DNA of 64,000 nucleotides from Puccinia triticina (Eukaryota): NCBI GenBank assembly GCA_026914245.1, contig CP110440.1, positions 3,596,001 to 3,660,000 of the forward strand, read 5' to 3'. Shown piece by piece: positions 13,800 to 26,848 of this stretch (position 1 is its first letter; each line of letters starts with the position of its first letter). The notes under the pieces were generated by a model. It saw only the letters and a program-made list of their open reading frames with translations, ran no database searches and was not told where the DNA came from. The position numbers and the translations under genes were made by a program.

Positions 13800-15560
13800 G
13801 AGACGGATCAGCTGTCCCTGTGGATGAACTTGTGCTGCTGATGGGCGCCGGGAAGACGGGGGTGAGTGCAGTCGGGGAGGGCGCTTGAGGAGTCAGAGCG
13901 GTCGGAGCCGGTGCGGATACGGCGGGCGGAATGGATGTTGGCGGGCGGGGGGCATTTGAGGGTCGGGGTTGGCAGCGAAGGGCGAGTGGACGAGGCCGAG
14001 CTTGATCTGTTTTTGCCTCCCTCTCAGTAAGTATTCTCTCTGATCGCGGAAGAGGGGGGAGAGATAAGAGACGTACGGATCGTAGGAGGACCCTGGAAAC
14101 CCCCTATAAATGGGGGTAATGAAAATGTATGAATTTTTTGGCAAAAACCCAAAATGGTAGGCACAAAAACGGCATGAATGGGCTTTTTTGGCCTCAATGG
14201 TAAGCACTTCAAGTGTATGAATTTTTTCCTGGGTAAGGGAGGGTAGTAACTAAGATGTATGAAATTTGGGAGAGTGCAACAGAAAAGCCTCTTCCCCCTC
14301 AGCAGCCCCCCTTGTCTTAGGGCCTATACCATTGGCATAGGGCATCAAAAGTCAATTTTACCAATTTTATTTCCCTCAATACTTCTCAAAACTTAAGCTG
14401 AAAATCACCAGAAGGCATTCTTAAGCCCACAATTGAAACCTCCTATTGTTTTCTTTTTTGCATGGAGGACAAGAAAAGTGGAAATTTTGCAAAATTGAAG
14501 CAAGATTTTATTCTTCTGCCACCCCCCCCCCCCCCCCCCCCCCTCGGCAGCAATGGTAGGCATTAAAAATGTATGAAAAACTGGAAAATCCCCTGAGTGT
14601 AGGCATGAAACGTGTATGAATCAAGTCAAAAAATGTATGAATTTTGGCGAAATTCTGGATTTTACATTACCCCCATTTATAGGGGGTTTCCAGGGTCCTA
14701 TCGTAGGCCGGCTCGTCGTCGCTCGTCGCCTCCCCCCCCCCCCCCTGCCCTGCCATCTTCGCGTCCCACACGTCTTCCTCCACAGACGGACTCCCCGCCT
14801 TGAACGCCGCCCTGGCCCACGCCCGTCGGACTGGCCGCGTGGGTCTCCACCCATTCGCGGTCGCGCACCCGTGCATGTCCCGGGTCCAGCCCAAACTATA
14901 CAACCCCCCGCCACACACACACAAAAAAAACCCTCTGCACTCAGTATCTCTGTGTTGCGCTAAAAAAAAATCGGGGGAAGAAGAGACTGACCGCCGCTTG
15001 GAAGTCCATCCCGTTCGCGCCCTGCGACGTGGCGTGGCGCAACTTCGTGTACTCCGCCCCCCCCGGATCCGGTCGACCAGGAACTGGATGCCCATCAAGA
15101 TGTCCCGTCCGAAGTCCGGATAACTATCAAAAAACAGATGTCAGATGGCTTGAGAATGCGCACGAGGGATGGAGGCGGGGGGCAGATCACTGACTCTTGC
15201 GAATGCAGGAAGTTCTGGAAGGCTGATTTCAGAGCTCTTGCTGAGCGCGCGATACTCGGGGTAGGGAGTACGAAGCGATCGACGAATGAGCGGTGGGGGA
15301 GACAAAAGGAGAGGGGAGGTTCACAAAGCGTCGAGCTGGAAGAGGCCGACGATGGCCATTTCGACGGTGGTAGCGAGGGCGTTGACGGCGTCGGGGATGT
15401 GGGAGCAGGACCAGTACTCGGTGGGAGTGAAGAGGCCGAGATGGTCGAAGAAGGAGCGCAGGAAGCTCTGGCAGAACACTAGAAAGACCGTGGTCTTGAT
15501 CGACATGAACTTGCAGGTCGGCCGGTGGCCTCTGCCGCGAGATGCATGGCGAAAGGTCTC
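13800..15560 (-). pseudogene. GC-rich 3' fragment of an OSTalpha/TMEM184 (DUF300)-like transporter gene
   Basis: GHRPTCKFMSIKTTVFLVFCQSF...EYWSCSHIPDAVNALATTVEMAIVGLF resembles the KFxxIKxxVF..Q...NAL...EM core of this family; later DFGRDILMGIQFLVDRIRG; interrupted by a MITE; no 5' half seen. Boundaries approximate. Confidence 0.55.
14087..14699. mobile_element. MITE with 8-bp TSD
   Basis: TIR AGGACCCTGGAAACCCCCTATAAATGGGGGTAATG at both ends; TSD ATCGTAGG (14079-14086, 14700-14707). Confidence 0.92.
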
Positions 15561-16643
15561 GTCTTTGTTGAGTGATTGGGTCAGCAGCCGCGGCGTTTCC
15601 TGCAGACGGGAAGCGATTATCATACTCACATGTGTCCCTGCAGATACCAACAGCGGTGAGCAGGACGACACGGTGCTGTGCGGGCACAGAGAGAGAGAGA
15701 GAAGATGGCGAAGGGGCGGTAGTGGCGGTAGCTGATGGAGTGGATGGCGGGCATGCCTAGCCGATGTGGCGGGTGTGGTTGGTCGAAGAAGCCGTTCCGG
15801 TCGACCTCTTCCTGGTTCTGTTCCGGACATTCCTAGCCGGCAACGGAGAGAGGCGCAGGCCGCTGGTACAACTCCTTCTCACCACAACTTCAAGAATTAG
15901 TTTATGAGATTACCCTAATCCACCTTTACCATTCAAGGTTGGAGAGATGGTGGTAAGGAACAATTCAATTCTCAAGATGACTGATCTGAACAACTTCATT
16001 CTTCCACTCAGAAACAACAAACATTCAGACCCGCTCAGCCAACTGTTTACCCCCGGCAGGCACGACAGACTGCAGTGAACCAGAATTGACACCCCCCTCT
16101 GGAAGTTTTCTCAACAGATGCCTGCATCTCTCACCGCACAGAGGTTCCTAAACCAAAGTCCCTCCTGCCCTGAGGCTTTGCCGCGATTGATCAGCAATTC
16201 TTGCCTGAGAGAACAAGATATTCCAGCCCTCATTTGATTACATCCCCTGCATCTCATGTGATTCTCAACCCGCAAGATTCTAGAGATCAAAACCCAAATT
16301 GAAGTGGAATTTATTCATCTAAGCTAAAATGCTTAACATCGTACATACATGAGCAATGAGATCCGCAAAGAAATAAACAAAGGGCAAGATAGGTGTTGAT
16401 AGTAACAAGACCGAAATAGACAGGTAATGCTGGAAGGTTTCCAGGTTAATGCTTGCGTATGTACAGCAGGGTGAACTTGAAGCCGTGCATGGTTAGGCGC
16501 TGTTAGGCGAATTGCTTCGGGATATGTTCTACATATATTGAAAGTATCAGCTCAACATAGCATTCCACATGCAATTGGATAGGCCAAAAAGGCCCAATCA
16601 TCAGCAGTGCAGCACAGATCCAACCGTAACTAAGACATTTGTC

Positions 16644-18795
16644 CTACTCCACACGAGGCATTTTGCGTAAGGGGATGTCAGCGGCTGAGGCCTGCGATTT
16701 CACTCCGAGCTTGCGCAGCAGCGCCTCGACAGCGTCCATCTCATCATCTAGTTCGCCACGCGCCACCTGTTTGTCTTCAAAAATGATAGCCTGAGCGAAG
16801 TCTATGAGCTTGACCATGTCGTTGGTCACAAGGATGTTGCGGCTGGCTACATCGCCATGCTTGATGTACATGGAGTGGAGCTTGCTGTATGCCTCTCGGA
16901 CTTGCGGAAAGAGAGCGGAATCATTTTTGCTGAGTGGGTGACCGTCAATCCACTCGGTACCAAGTACCGGGAAGGCACCGTTCCCCAGCATACCAAAGGC
17001 GTGGAGGCGCGGAGCAATAGTTCCTACAATGTACGGGAATCAGAGTGTCATTTAGAATTAAATATTCTCGTTTTGTAAGAGAGGCTGGCTCGCCGTGATG
17101 TACAATCTTACCGTTAAGTTTTGCCATGTGCTGGTAGCATGCCAATTCATTCTCAAGCGGTGCAAGTCCGTCTTGCATTTTGTATAAGTCAACAACTTTC
17201 AAAGCTATGGTAATTCCAAAGACTACAGCTCTTGAAGTGCTGCCATGCAGCCCTTCAACAGTCTCTTCCAGCCCAACGACGTCCCCGTCGTCAAAAAACT
17301 GTTCGGTGCCGTCCGCAAGCAGCAAAACCACAGGGGCATGGCTGTCAGGCGGAAGAAGCAGCGAGCGGGTTTGGTGCGGGAACTGCGAGTTGAAGGAGGG
17401 TGGAAACGGCGTCGGATCAGAGGGCGACGGGCATCCCGGCCTTTCCAACGCCCGCTTGGCAATATAGTTCAAGCATTGTGCGACCGTTGGGTTTGTGCTT
17501 CCAATGTTGATGGAGGGAGTCACTTGCACGTCCCCCATGCGTTGCCTTGACCGCTTGATGAACCACCAGTCGATGCCATTAGTGAGGATGGCGTAACGGG
17601 TTTTGTTGGCACACGAGTAACCTGAGAATGTCAACAAGCAGGTCAATATTTGAAATTCCTCAAATCGTTATACTGTATTTTGGTCTTCTCGACGTACCAT
17701 AGGCTTGCGTGAAAGCTTTCGATGCCGGAGAGCTGTGCACGATTTTCTCCCAACTTTTCCGATCCGTCGATGATAGCTTTATCCAGCGGTGATCTTTTGC
17801 CTCTATGGCATTGTAGAGCTTCTTTAAAGTGCTGCTGATTTCTTCGACCAGCTCAGTTCCTTCTGGAATAACAGACGTTGGCTTCACTTCGATTGGCAGC
17901 AGTGTTTGCGAGCAATTGGTAATCGTTCGGTCAGGTTGTGCACAGCACGGTGCGAGCTGCCGAGAGCCCGCCCAAAGAGGAGCACCGGTTGCTAGATTGT
18001 TGAACACCTGAAAGTTTTCATTGTCGAGCAGCCCTTCAATGGTGCTTTCCTGACCAACAACCCGGTGCTTCTTGGGTTTTACATCCTCGAAAAGAGTGCG
18101 GTGTGGGGCGCAAATCGCCGGTTGCTTCTGGAAACCCTGCACTTTCGAGACAAATGTCGTCCATAGGGAAACAGCCCTTGGAGCGCGGCCTGCAGCAGAG
18201 GTTGTACATGTCGTCGTTGTTCCGGGGGTTAGTTCGTAACCCATGAAAGTCCTATTTAGCAGGGTTTCTGCACTTACGGTGCCTGAAGCCAACAAGAGCA
18301 GTACGTCAGCATCCACCGCCATCAAGCAATAAATACCAGAGGGAGAGCACCAAGAAGTACAGGAAGTTTACCTGTATTCCTGAAGTCCATCACCAACAGT
18401 CTCTTTCCCTCTGGCTTACGAAGTACTTTTTTCACCAGTGTGCTAGGATGGACAGGCATTACGTGGAAAAAAGTCTTGATGTTCTTCGGGTCGCACGCCC
18501 TCGCTATTTCCATTGGGAGGCTGTAGCGTCGTGTTGAAGCTCGGTAAGTGGGAGGGATGATGGGTTGAAGTTCCTGATGGAGGCGTTCCATCAGAGCGCT
18601 GACTGTGAGTGAAGTGATGTCTTGGTCATAATGAAGGAAGAGTCGAGGACCATTGTTGTCGTCATCACGCTCAACATCATGAGGGATGGTGACACAGTCG
18701 GGTAGGTTGTCGAGCAAGAGACACACTGTGTGGGTGGCATTCTCGGAGGAGCAGATGCTGCTTAGTTGGAGCCTTCTTGAGATCGATGCTGCCAT
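16644..18795 (-). CDS. Crinkler-like protein: N-terminal header + PD-(D/E)xK nuclease-like domain + protein kinase, 4 exons
   Basis: Three phase-compatible GT-AG introns join ORFs 18322-18816, 17660-18325, 16945-17646 and 16644-16991. Nuclease motifs QPD..IEVK..FTQAYGY..YAILTNG..WWF; kinase motifs IALK, ENE, HGDVASRNILV, LIDFA. Confidence 0.8.
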
Positions 18796-19571
18796 TGTAT
18801 GTATGTTGGCGGGCAAGCAGATTAGAGTTGACCACTATTGTCGATGATCTTGGAAAGTGTTCTGGGTCGAGCTTAGCTGAGTCCCGGAGGTGGAGGAGTG
18901 AACAACAGGAGTATTGTCGGCTGCAGGAATGAATGGAATGGTAGGAAGGGGGGTGCGGATCAGCAGGGCAGCAAGACACATTCTGGAGGGCCAAAACTGG
19001 TGGGATGGGGACTAACGGGAATTGGCTTTTTTTGTTGTCTGTGTGGGTGTCTGGATGGGGAAAGGGAAGGCGAGTCAGCTGATTGATTGGAAGGCCAAAA
19101 GAGGAGGAGGGGAGAGCAATTGGAATGAGTGAGTGAGGAGGGCTCACCGAGACCAGGTTGTCTTTTTTCGGGGGTTTGCGGATGGGCTGGTGGATGTTCT
19201 GGCTGGGTTGTTCTGTGGCAGTGTACACCACCGCTCGAATTTGAGCCCAAGGCGCAGTCCGGGTCTGGTCGGCCCGGGCGCCAACCTGTGTGCCCCAAGT
19301 TCGACCGCGGGCGAGCAACGATCAGTCGGGCTTGGCCCGACCCATCCAGCTCCGCTGGCGCGCCGACTCAGCTGACATGCCATGTCAGGTGGGATTACCA
19401 GCCTGTCGGTTGGGTTGGCCTTGGGTCATCCGGCCAACCCATCCCCGCCGGGTCCAACGTGCCCGGCGGAGGCTGGTCGGCACACCGTGAGGCCAACCAG
19501 CATAACAGCTGGCAGTGCTCTGAGCCCGCCCGCTGCATTGAATCACCGACACAAGCACAAAACAATCTCAT

Positions 19572-20237
19572 CTAACTTAACAAAGTCCCTCCTCTGCGGG
19601 GCTGAGTGGGGAGCAGAGTGCCGCCGACCGCAGGGAGGGACTTAGACCCAAAGCGGGGGTGCTCGCCTGAGACCATCAGGCAAAATCCTGGTTCAACTTT
19701 GAGAGCCTGTAGCTCACTCGTTATGCGAGCTACATGTGAGGTCCCGAGCATCGACAGATGCACCTGCACCTCATCTTCCTTCCTGTCAGCTTAGATTTTC
19801 AAAGGAAAAAGTATAGCAGACAAGCAAAGCCAAAATAAGAGAAACAAAAACTTGACCCGCACAGGCCTGCGGGGCCAGGCACTGCCTGTGAAGACCGCCG
19901 TCTTGAGTCTGGGTGGGCTTTACAAAAATTTATCGCAAAAAACTTGGAAAATGTGATGTTGATGTGATGAGCTCAAAAAATCAACAAAGTATAAAGCAGC
20001 TTAAGTTCCGATAATGGGGGGGGGGGGGGTAGCGTTGAAGCTGCAGGCTACAAAATTCAAAGAGTGATTTTCCATCACTTTTTGGTGGGTGGTCTCCCAC
20101 CCAAACAGCCGCTTTAGCCGTAAGTGGGAGGGGTGGCTTCGCCACCAGCCAAACTTAAGCTCCACCCAAATGAGTCACCCCCCGGACCACCACCCGAACT
20201 CCGACCTCCCGCATGGGGAGGGACTTTGATAAGTTAG
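19572..20237. mobile_element. Non-autonomous element, KDZ-like terminus family
   Basis: CTAACTTAACAAAGTCCCTC / GAGGGACTTTGATAAGTTAG; perfect 9-bp TSD CAATCTCAT (19563-19571, 20238-20246). Confidence 0.9.
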
Positions 20238-20532
20238 CAATCTCATAGCCTAAGCGATTGAGCACCCCCGACACCAGGGCCAACTTCACGCCGCCAACGG
20301 CCAAGGACCGGGTTCACGCCGAGGGGCCACCCCGCCATCCTGCGCACAGAATCTCACCGGTATGTATCTTTTTTTACATCCACACTTCCATTCTAACCTC
20401 CTATTTCCTCCTTGTGTCAGACCAATACCTCCCCGTGTCAAAACTTTTGACAAAGCCGTTGTATCTGCACCCATGTCAACCTCCGTTAGACTATTGAATA
20501 GTATGGGATATGTCAAATGTGAGGCTATTCTA

Positions 20533-20908
20533 CACCACAGGTGCAACAAAATATTTGGAAAACCAGTTTGATTGGTTTTCAAGATATTTTTTTTAATTGA
20601 GTCTGGACGTCCTGAAGAACGAGTCGGACTAACCATTTTCAGATATTTTTAAAATATTTCTGGAACCACCTGAGGTGGTTTTAAAAATATTTTGGAAACC
20701 AACTTGGTTTGAAAAATATTTCCAGAACCATTTGAAATGGTTTTGGAAACCATTTGGATGCTCCTTCTCTCACGGTACAGTTTTTGGAACCTTTTTGGCA
20801 ACGGAATTTGTCCACAAACCAGATTCAGACCAATTTGGTTCGGAAAACCACTATCTAATCAATTTGGTTTTGATAACCATGCCAAAAACTTTTGGTGCAC
20901 CTGTGGTG
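20533..20908. mobile_element. CAC-terminated MITE
   Basis: CACCACAGGTGCA / TGCACCTGTGGTG, TA on both sides; internal GGTTTT/AAAACC repeats. Confidence 0.75.
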
Positions 20909-21118
20909 TATAGCCAAAATCTGCCCTCAGCTCACCTCAACGGATCTCATGCAGCTCAGGTCAACTCAAGCTCATTTCACGCCTAAGTCCCTCCTGCCTT
21001 TACACAGTGCGGCCTTCCCTTCAATTCCCCAGCTCATCGCATCCTACATACACCTTAGCCAGATCAACCGTTAAGCTCAGACCTGTTGCTTCCTCAATTA
21101 TAATACACACACTACCCT

Positions 21119-21830
21119 CTAGCTTAACTAAGCCTCTCAAACGGAGGATCCGGGGGACCCCGCCCAGAGGGCTCTCCGCAGGAGAGGCTTAAGCCTAATG
21201 TTTGAAGTCTAGCAGGGAAAGGAAGGATATTCAACCCCAAAACCACTAAATAATTATTTAAAAATCAGCAAAATATGTAAAAAAAAAACTGAATAGACAG
21301 TTTCATTGGCAGTGCTGATGCACACCCTCACCCAAAACTTTGAGCAAAAAGCTCCAAAACTGATTGAAGGTCAAAGGAATCCTGAAGGATATTACATTGC
21401 TCTGAAGATCCATTTTTGGATTTTCTGATAATATGCACAATTGAGTTTCCTATCTGCAACAAAATGCAACACTACATGTGTAGGATCTGTGGGTTTGCGG
21501 ATCCAGGATCCACCAGGTATGATGGTTGTGCATCCTTAGTTTAAATTTCTTCATGTTTTTTTATTTTGAAAACATTAGTACCATTAGTACAGTGCAAATG
21601 GTTTGAATTGAGGAGATGAGACTGGTGCCAAATGAAAACTGAGGTCCAGAAGTATCTTTTGGCTCTGGGGCAGGTCCACAGGACCTGAGGGGGAGGCTGG
21701 CTGAGGCTTAATATTTTCCCTCCAGCCATTTGTGATTTCTTTCTCAGCCAAAATTTTGACATTACGGGCAGGAGGGCTTTGCGGCTAGCCACAGCGAGCC
21801 TCCCACCAGGGGGGACTTGTGTTAAGTTAG
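21119..21830. mobile_element. Non-autonomous element, KDZ-like terminus family
   Basis: CTAGCTTAACTAAGCCTCTC ... GGACTTGTGTTAAGTTAG; flanks CACTACCCT / TGCTACCCT (a 9-bp TSD with CpG decay). Confidence 0.82.
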
Positions 21831-21913
21831 TGCTACCCTCAACCCAGTCCTCAGATTTTCACTTGGCATCAACCTTTTGCCCAACCTTCAACCACAAACA
21901 ACAGAATCATTCA

Positions 21914-22690
21914 ACTCGGCCTAGGCCAGGACTTGTTTTGTGGCGTAAACCTAGCGCAAACCCTGACATGGCCAAGATTCAACCATCAAACTCAGCAATT
22001 TGTACTCTCTCACCACCACAACATGACCACTGCAACTTCAACATCAAACTCAATTCTTCTCTCTAAACACAAATGGTGAAATTACACACCTTGATTCAAT
22101 TAGTGCTAGCATTCTTACGCCTCGGCCTAGGCCAGGATTTGTTTTGTGGTGTCAAACTAGTGTAAACTGCGACGTGAACAAGCTTCAACCATCAAACTCA
22201 GTGAACTAGGCTCTCTCAACACCACAACACAACCGCTGAAACTTCAACATCAAACTCGATTCTTCTCTCTAAACACAAACAGTGAAATTACACACCTTGA
22301 TATAGTTAGTGCTAGAATTCTTAGCCACAAACAGCAGACTCATTTGCCTTGACCTAGGCCAGGACTTGTTTTGTGGCGTAAACCTAGCGTAAACCATGAT
22401 GTGGCCAAGATTCAACCATCAAACTCAGCAATTTGTACTCTCTCAACACCACAACACAACTGCTGCAATTTCAACATCAAACTCAATTCTTCTCTCTAAA
22501 CACGAACCGTGAAATTACACACCTTGATCTAGTTAGTGCTAGAATTCTTACACCTTGACCTAGGCCAGGATTTGTTTTGTGGTGTAAACCTAGTGTAAAC
22601 CGCAACGTGGCCAAGCTTCAACCATCAAACTCAGCAAACTGGGCTCTCTCAACACCACATCACGACTGCTGCAACTTCAACATCAAACTC
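21914..22690. repeat. Tandem repeat, ~4 copies of a ~210-bp unit
   Basis: CCTAGGCCAGGA(C/T)TTGTTTTGTGG recurs near 21920, 22126, 22352 and 22559 with a conserved downstream block. Confidence 0.9.
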
Positions 22691-22775
22691 AAAACTCAAC
22701 GCTGACCTAGCCAAGCTTCACCTGACAAACTCAGTCACAATAAACAGGCACCTCACCCACCACGACCTAGTCCTA

Positions 22776-23525
22776 ATGTCCAATAACTATAGCACACGCA
22801 TGCCTTTCCCCAGTGCCAATGCCTCTGAAATCACCGCTAATCCTATTACCTCACAGTCACCCCTGCTCTCCGCACTGCAGCATCAGTATGAAGTCTATCA
22901 ACACATACAATCAAACCAACAACACAACTGTGCTCCAGCTGAACATCTCAACTGCCCTTCCAACAACCTGCTTACTCCAGCCATACCAGACAAGATTTCT
23001 GTATCAAAACATCCCAGTCATCATAGCCTTTCTCAAATTTCAAACCACTACCAACTGTCTCCGCCTGATATATTGGCCAGCCAACATCATATCACTCCAT
23101 CATCTGCAGCTCTATCATTTGGAAAATTTGTAAACTCATATGCAACACAAAATAGACAGATTTTATCTACCCAATATAACAACAGCTTTTCTCACCAGAA
23201 ACAATGGCTGTACAGTGTAATTGAATCCATGAAATCCAAGATCAATACTGAGTTTGAACCAGACAACAACAGCAGGACCCCCCTCCAAAAGGCCCTGGAT
23301 GAAGATCATGTCCTGAGGCACATTAACAATTACTACAATGGTGCAAGACAGGAAGCCCTATCCATGGGGTTGATTGGTGATCAAATCCCCAACCTTTACT
23401 CCCTTTGGGTAGCTCGTCGGCCCAAGCTGGACAGAGGTTCTTCATTCTCCTGCACAAACCCCGGGGCCACACTTCTGAATCCTTTTTACAAGCAGGAATG
23501 CCCATCATTAAGGAGCAAAACATAG
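22776..23525 (+). CDS. Hypothetical protein, probably repeat-associated
   Basis: 249-aa ATG-initiated ORF directly after the tandem array; S/Q/N/H-rich N-terminus and a helical-looking C-terminus; no domain recognised. Confidence 0.3.
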   Translation: MSNNYSTRMPFPSANASEITANPITSQSPLLSALQHQYEVYQHIQSNQQHNCAPAEHLNCPSNNLLTPAIPDKISVSKHPSHHSLSQISNHYQLSPPDILASQHHITPSSAALSFGKFVNSYATQNRQILSTQYNNSFSHQKQWLYSVIESMKSKINTEFEPDNNSRTPLQKALDEDHVLRHINNYYNGARQEALSMGLIGDQIPNLYSLWVARRPKLDRGSSFSCTNPGATLLNPFYKQECPSLRSKT

Positions 23526-26500
23526 CATATTGTTTGGCCATTCACAGAGGTGAAATCCCCCCGGCCAACAATGAGATTTGATTGAAAGAAGGTTTTTGTG
23601 AAATATCTATTTACAACAGGCACCTCCCTCCTCTTGAATGTCACACACTTATACAAACAAATCAAATATCTGAGCCACTCCTGACTATACCAGAGAAATC
23701 TTTTACCATTATTCTTAACATCTTCAAGTCTTTCACCTTTGATTGGTCTATACTATATAGTTTAACAAAGATACATGTATTCACAAAGATACATGTATTC
23801 ATTTTATACCTGATAGTATTCTCTAGTGTCAGGTGAAAATCCAGACTCCTCTATCACAATCCAATCAATCCCTGCCCATGAGATAATTCCCAATCTAGTC
23901 CAAATTTCAAAATTTCTCAGTGTCAATTGTAAATTTTTAGGTCAAGTCAACCCATTCAAAAAATTGAATTTTGATTCCCAGAATTGCTGATTTGACAACA
24001 TCAACATTGATATGTTTTGCCCTCTGGAACTTCTGGATGATGGCAGAATTAATTTTCTGGCTCCCAAAAAAGTCCTGGGTCAAATTTTGGTCCTTGGGAC
24101 CCAGGGCTGGCATTATTGTTTGGTCCCCAGGAAGTAAATAACATTTGGGAGCTGAAAAATTAATTTATGGGAGGCAATTTTTTAACCCTGTTTAAAAATT
24201 ACTTCTTTATTTTGTCCCAAAAGAGTAGCAAAATTATCTAAATCCTGGTATTGACTTGAATTTGGGAGCAGAGCAACATGTGGTTTTGAGAAAACCATAC
24301 CCTATTTGCAAAACATGACATTGTGCTGAGCTTTTACATATTTATGTAGGGTTGGAGCTAAGATCCCAGCGCTCAGTAGGGATAAAATTTTGAAAGAAAT
24401 GTACAGTAATCTCCACCTCATATTCCCTTGATGGAGCCTTTCAATTTTCACAAACAGCCATCCGGCCTACTTACATAGTACAGTCAAAGAGACTGGAAAC
24501 AAACCCACGTTCACACATGGGGTCTAGCCCCTTTGCCCTCACAATTTTGGCTGTTTGCTCCGGGAGGATCCGCCCTGCTGTCTTCTCCTCCCTTGAGAAC
24601 TTCTAGCAGATAAGTCTTCCTCCCCGGAAGAGTCTGTGATAAGGATGTATTCCGGGAGAATCTGCACTAGGAAGTCTTCAGAGGGAGATGTCACAGTCCA
24701 CTCAATGACACTTGTCTTGACCAGTCATCAGAGTGGATATCCTCTCCGCTTGATGACCGGTCTTGCCCGGGAATTTGACTGATCTTGAGAGGCGTGCGGT
24801 GGGCGGGGCACATGGCAGAAATCCAGATGAGCTCATGAAAATTGAAACACAGTATGAAATAGAAGAAAGGAAAGTGGCTGAAACACAGGGCTGGGTCGTA
24901 GTTATTAACCATTACAAACAAGGGAGAAAAAAAAATCAAAGATGCCAAGGTCAGACAGTATTGCACTTGCAGAACCTGAACATCACTAGGGTTGAAAAAG
25001 CATTGAGACCTGTTTGTGATCCACAGGCCGTTGGCTTCATTTTATGGCTTGACTCAATCAGTTGTAATAGGTATTGCTCATGCAACGTCCAGCCATCCAA
25101 ACAGATGACCTCTAATTCTTTGTCTGCTATGAAGGATGGGTGGAATATCAAGGGTATTGACTTGATTGAGTGTTAAACAATTCACTGTCCTTTGTATATT
25201 TTTAGATCTAGAAGTAACTTCAATGGCAAAAAGATCCCATTCAGAGCACATTATCGTGCAATTCCTTGCCACATCCCAGTGGCCACACTCTTACCCAAGC
25301 CAGCCATGCGCGAACAATTTAAAAATACCTGTTCAACAGGCAATTTCCACAAACATCCACCACTTTTCCCACCCATTATTGACTCTGATTGCCCATTAGT
25401 TATTGACTATTAACGCGGATTAGTTATTGTGGATTAAGGTTATCTACTGGGATACTTCTTTCTCTTATCATTAATCCTTCAAACTCAACAATGAGCGAAC
25501 ACCTGCTCCATATGCTTAGAGGACATCTGTCAAGGTGATGGATTTTGGCTATCTTGTGCTCCTGATAGGCCGCACAGCTTTCATCAATCTTGCCTCCAGG
25601 TGCGCCTTTACATTCTGTACTTTCAGAGAATACCAGATAGTTATCTCCTCATTACTGAATTTGCTGGTTCCCCGGTTCCCCTGCACAGGAATGATTTGAC
25701 AAGCAAGACTTGAGATGCCAGAAACCGAGCTGCCCTCTTTGCCACACAACGTATCCAAATTATTTGGCTGGTTTGATTATTGCCAACCCACAACATCGAA
25801 AAAACCCAGTGAATCCCCCACACAACCCTGACCAAAGTCGTCCTCAAACTTACAGAAGCAACCCTCACCAACGTCGTCCTCATACTTACACTTCCAGTTG
25901 TTGAAATGCTTATCCTTATCTTAGAAGTTCAACATCACCAGTTCCGCCCTTAGACACCACCCCTCCTTGCAGACCAGTTTATTCTTATCCTTATCTTGGA
26001 TGGTCACCATCACCAGTCAAGACTAGCGAGGCCCGGGAGGCTCAAGTAGCCAAGTTAATAAGGGTTATGATTCCGCCCTTAAACATCACCCCTCCTCGCA
26101 GATCAGTGTTGACTGCGTTAAGAACCATTGAATCAGCTTGACCCGCTGCCGACGAATCAAGATCATCAGCCAAGTCCAGCCCATCTCATCCTACAGCTAA
26201 TCCCCATCCAGCCACCTCTTCCCAGTCATGCACATTAGCCAAACCACCAAAACAACAATACCAAAAAAGGAATATTGCATACTGGCAACAATTTAGTACC
26301 TGGAAAGATTGAATTCTACATTATTTGAATGCATTTATGTTACATGCTGTATGTTACATGCTGTGTTTTGTTCATTCCAACGGTATATAAATTTACTCAA
26401 AAACTGTACACTTTTATAGATGTGTAGATAGTGTTAGATACTCTTTCTGATCTCTTCTCACTCTATGTACATAGACTAAATTTTTCCTATATACTTATGG

Positions 26501-26848
26501 ATAAGTGCCTTATTGGCAGGCCCTGGTTCTGAACTGGTGTGAAGTGCCCATCTGGGCAAGATGGGGCATGAAATTGCCAGGGAATATACTGTGGTTTATT
26601 TAAGAAAGGCTAGAGATACAAATACATGATTGAGTAGCAGTAGTAGATATGTGCGTTAAGTTGCCAAAAAAGGTTGATGGCAGTATTGGATATGTGCGTT
26701 AAGTCGCCAAAAAAGGTTGATAGCAGTATTGGAAAATAGTATAGAGTCCTCAAAAAAGTTGATATGTAGATGCGGTATTGGCTCAGGAACTGAGATCACA
26801 AAAGGATCCTCATTGACAGGAGGGTGAATCAGAGTGGATTTTTATCTA

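Noticed and set aside
18322..18325. Operon-like stop/start overlap between two ORFs
   Set aside because: The junction lies within a phase-compatible GT-AG intron of a single gene.
24290..26300. Possible decayed retroelement internal region
   Set aside because: Only fragmentary ORFs; no domain recognised with confidence.
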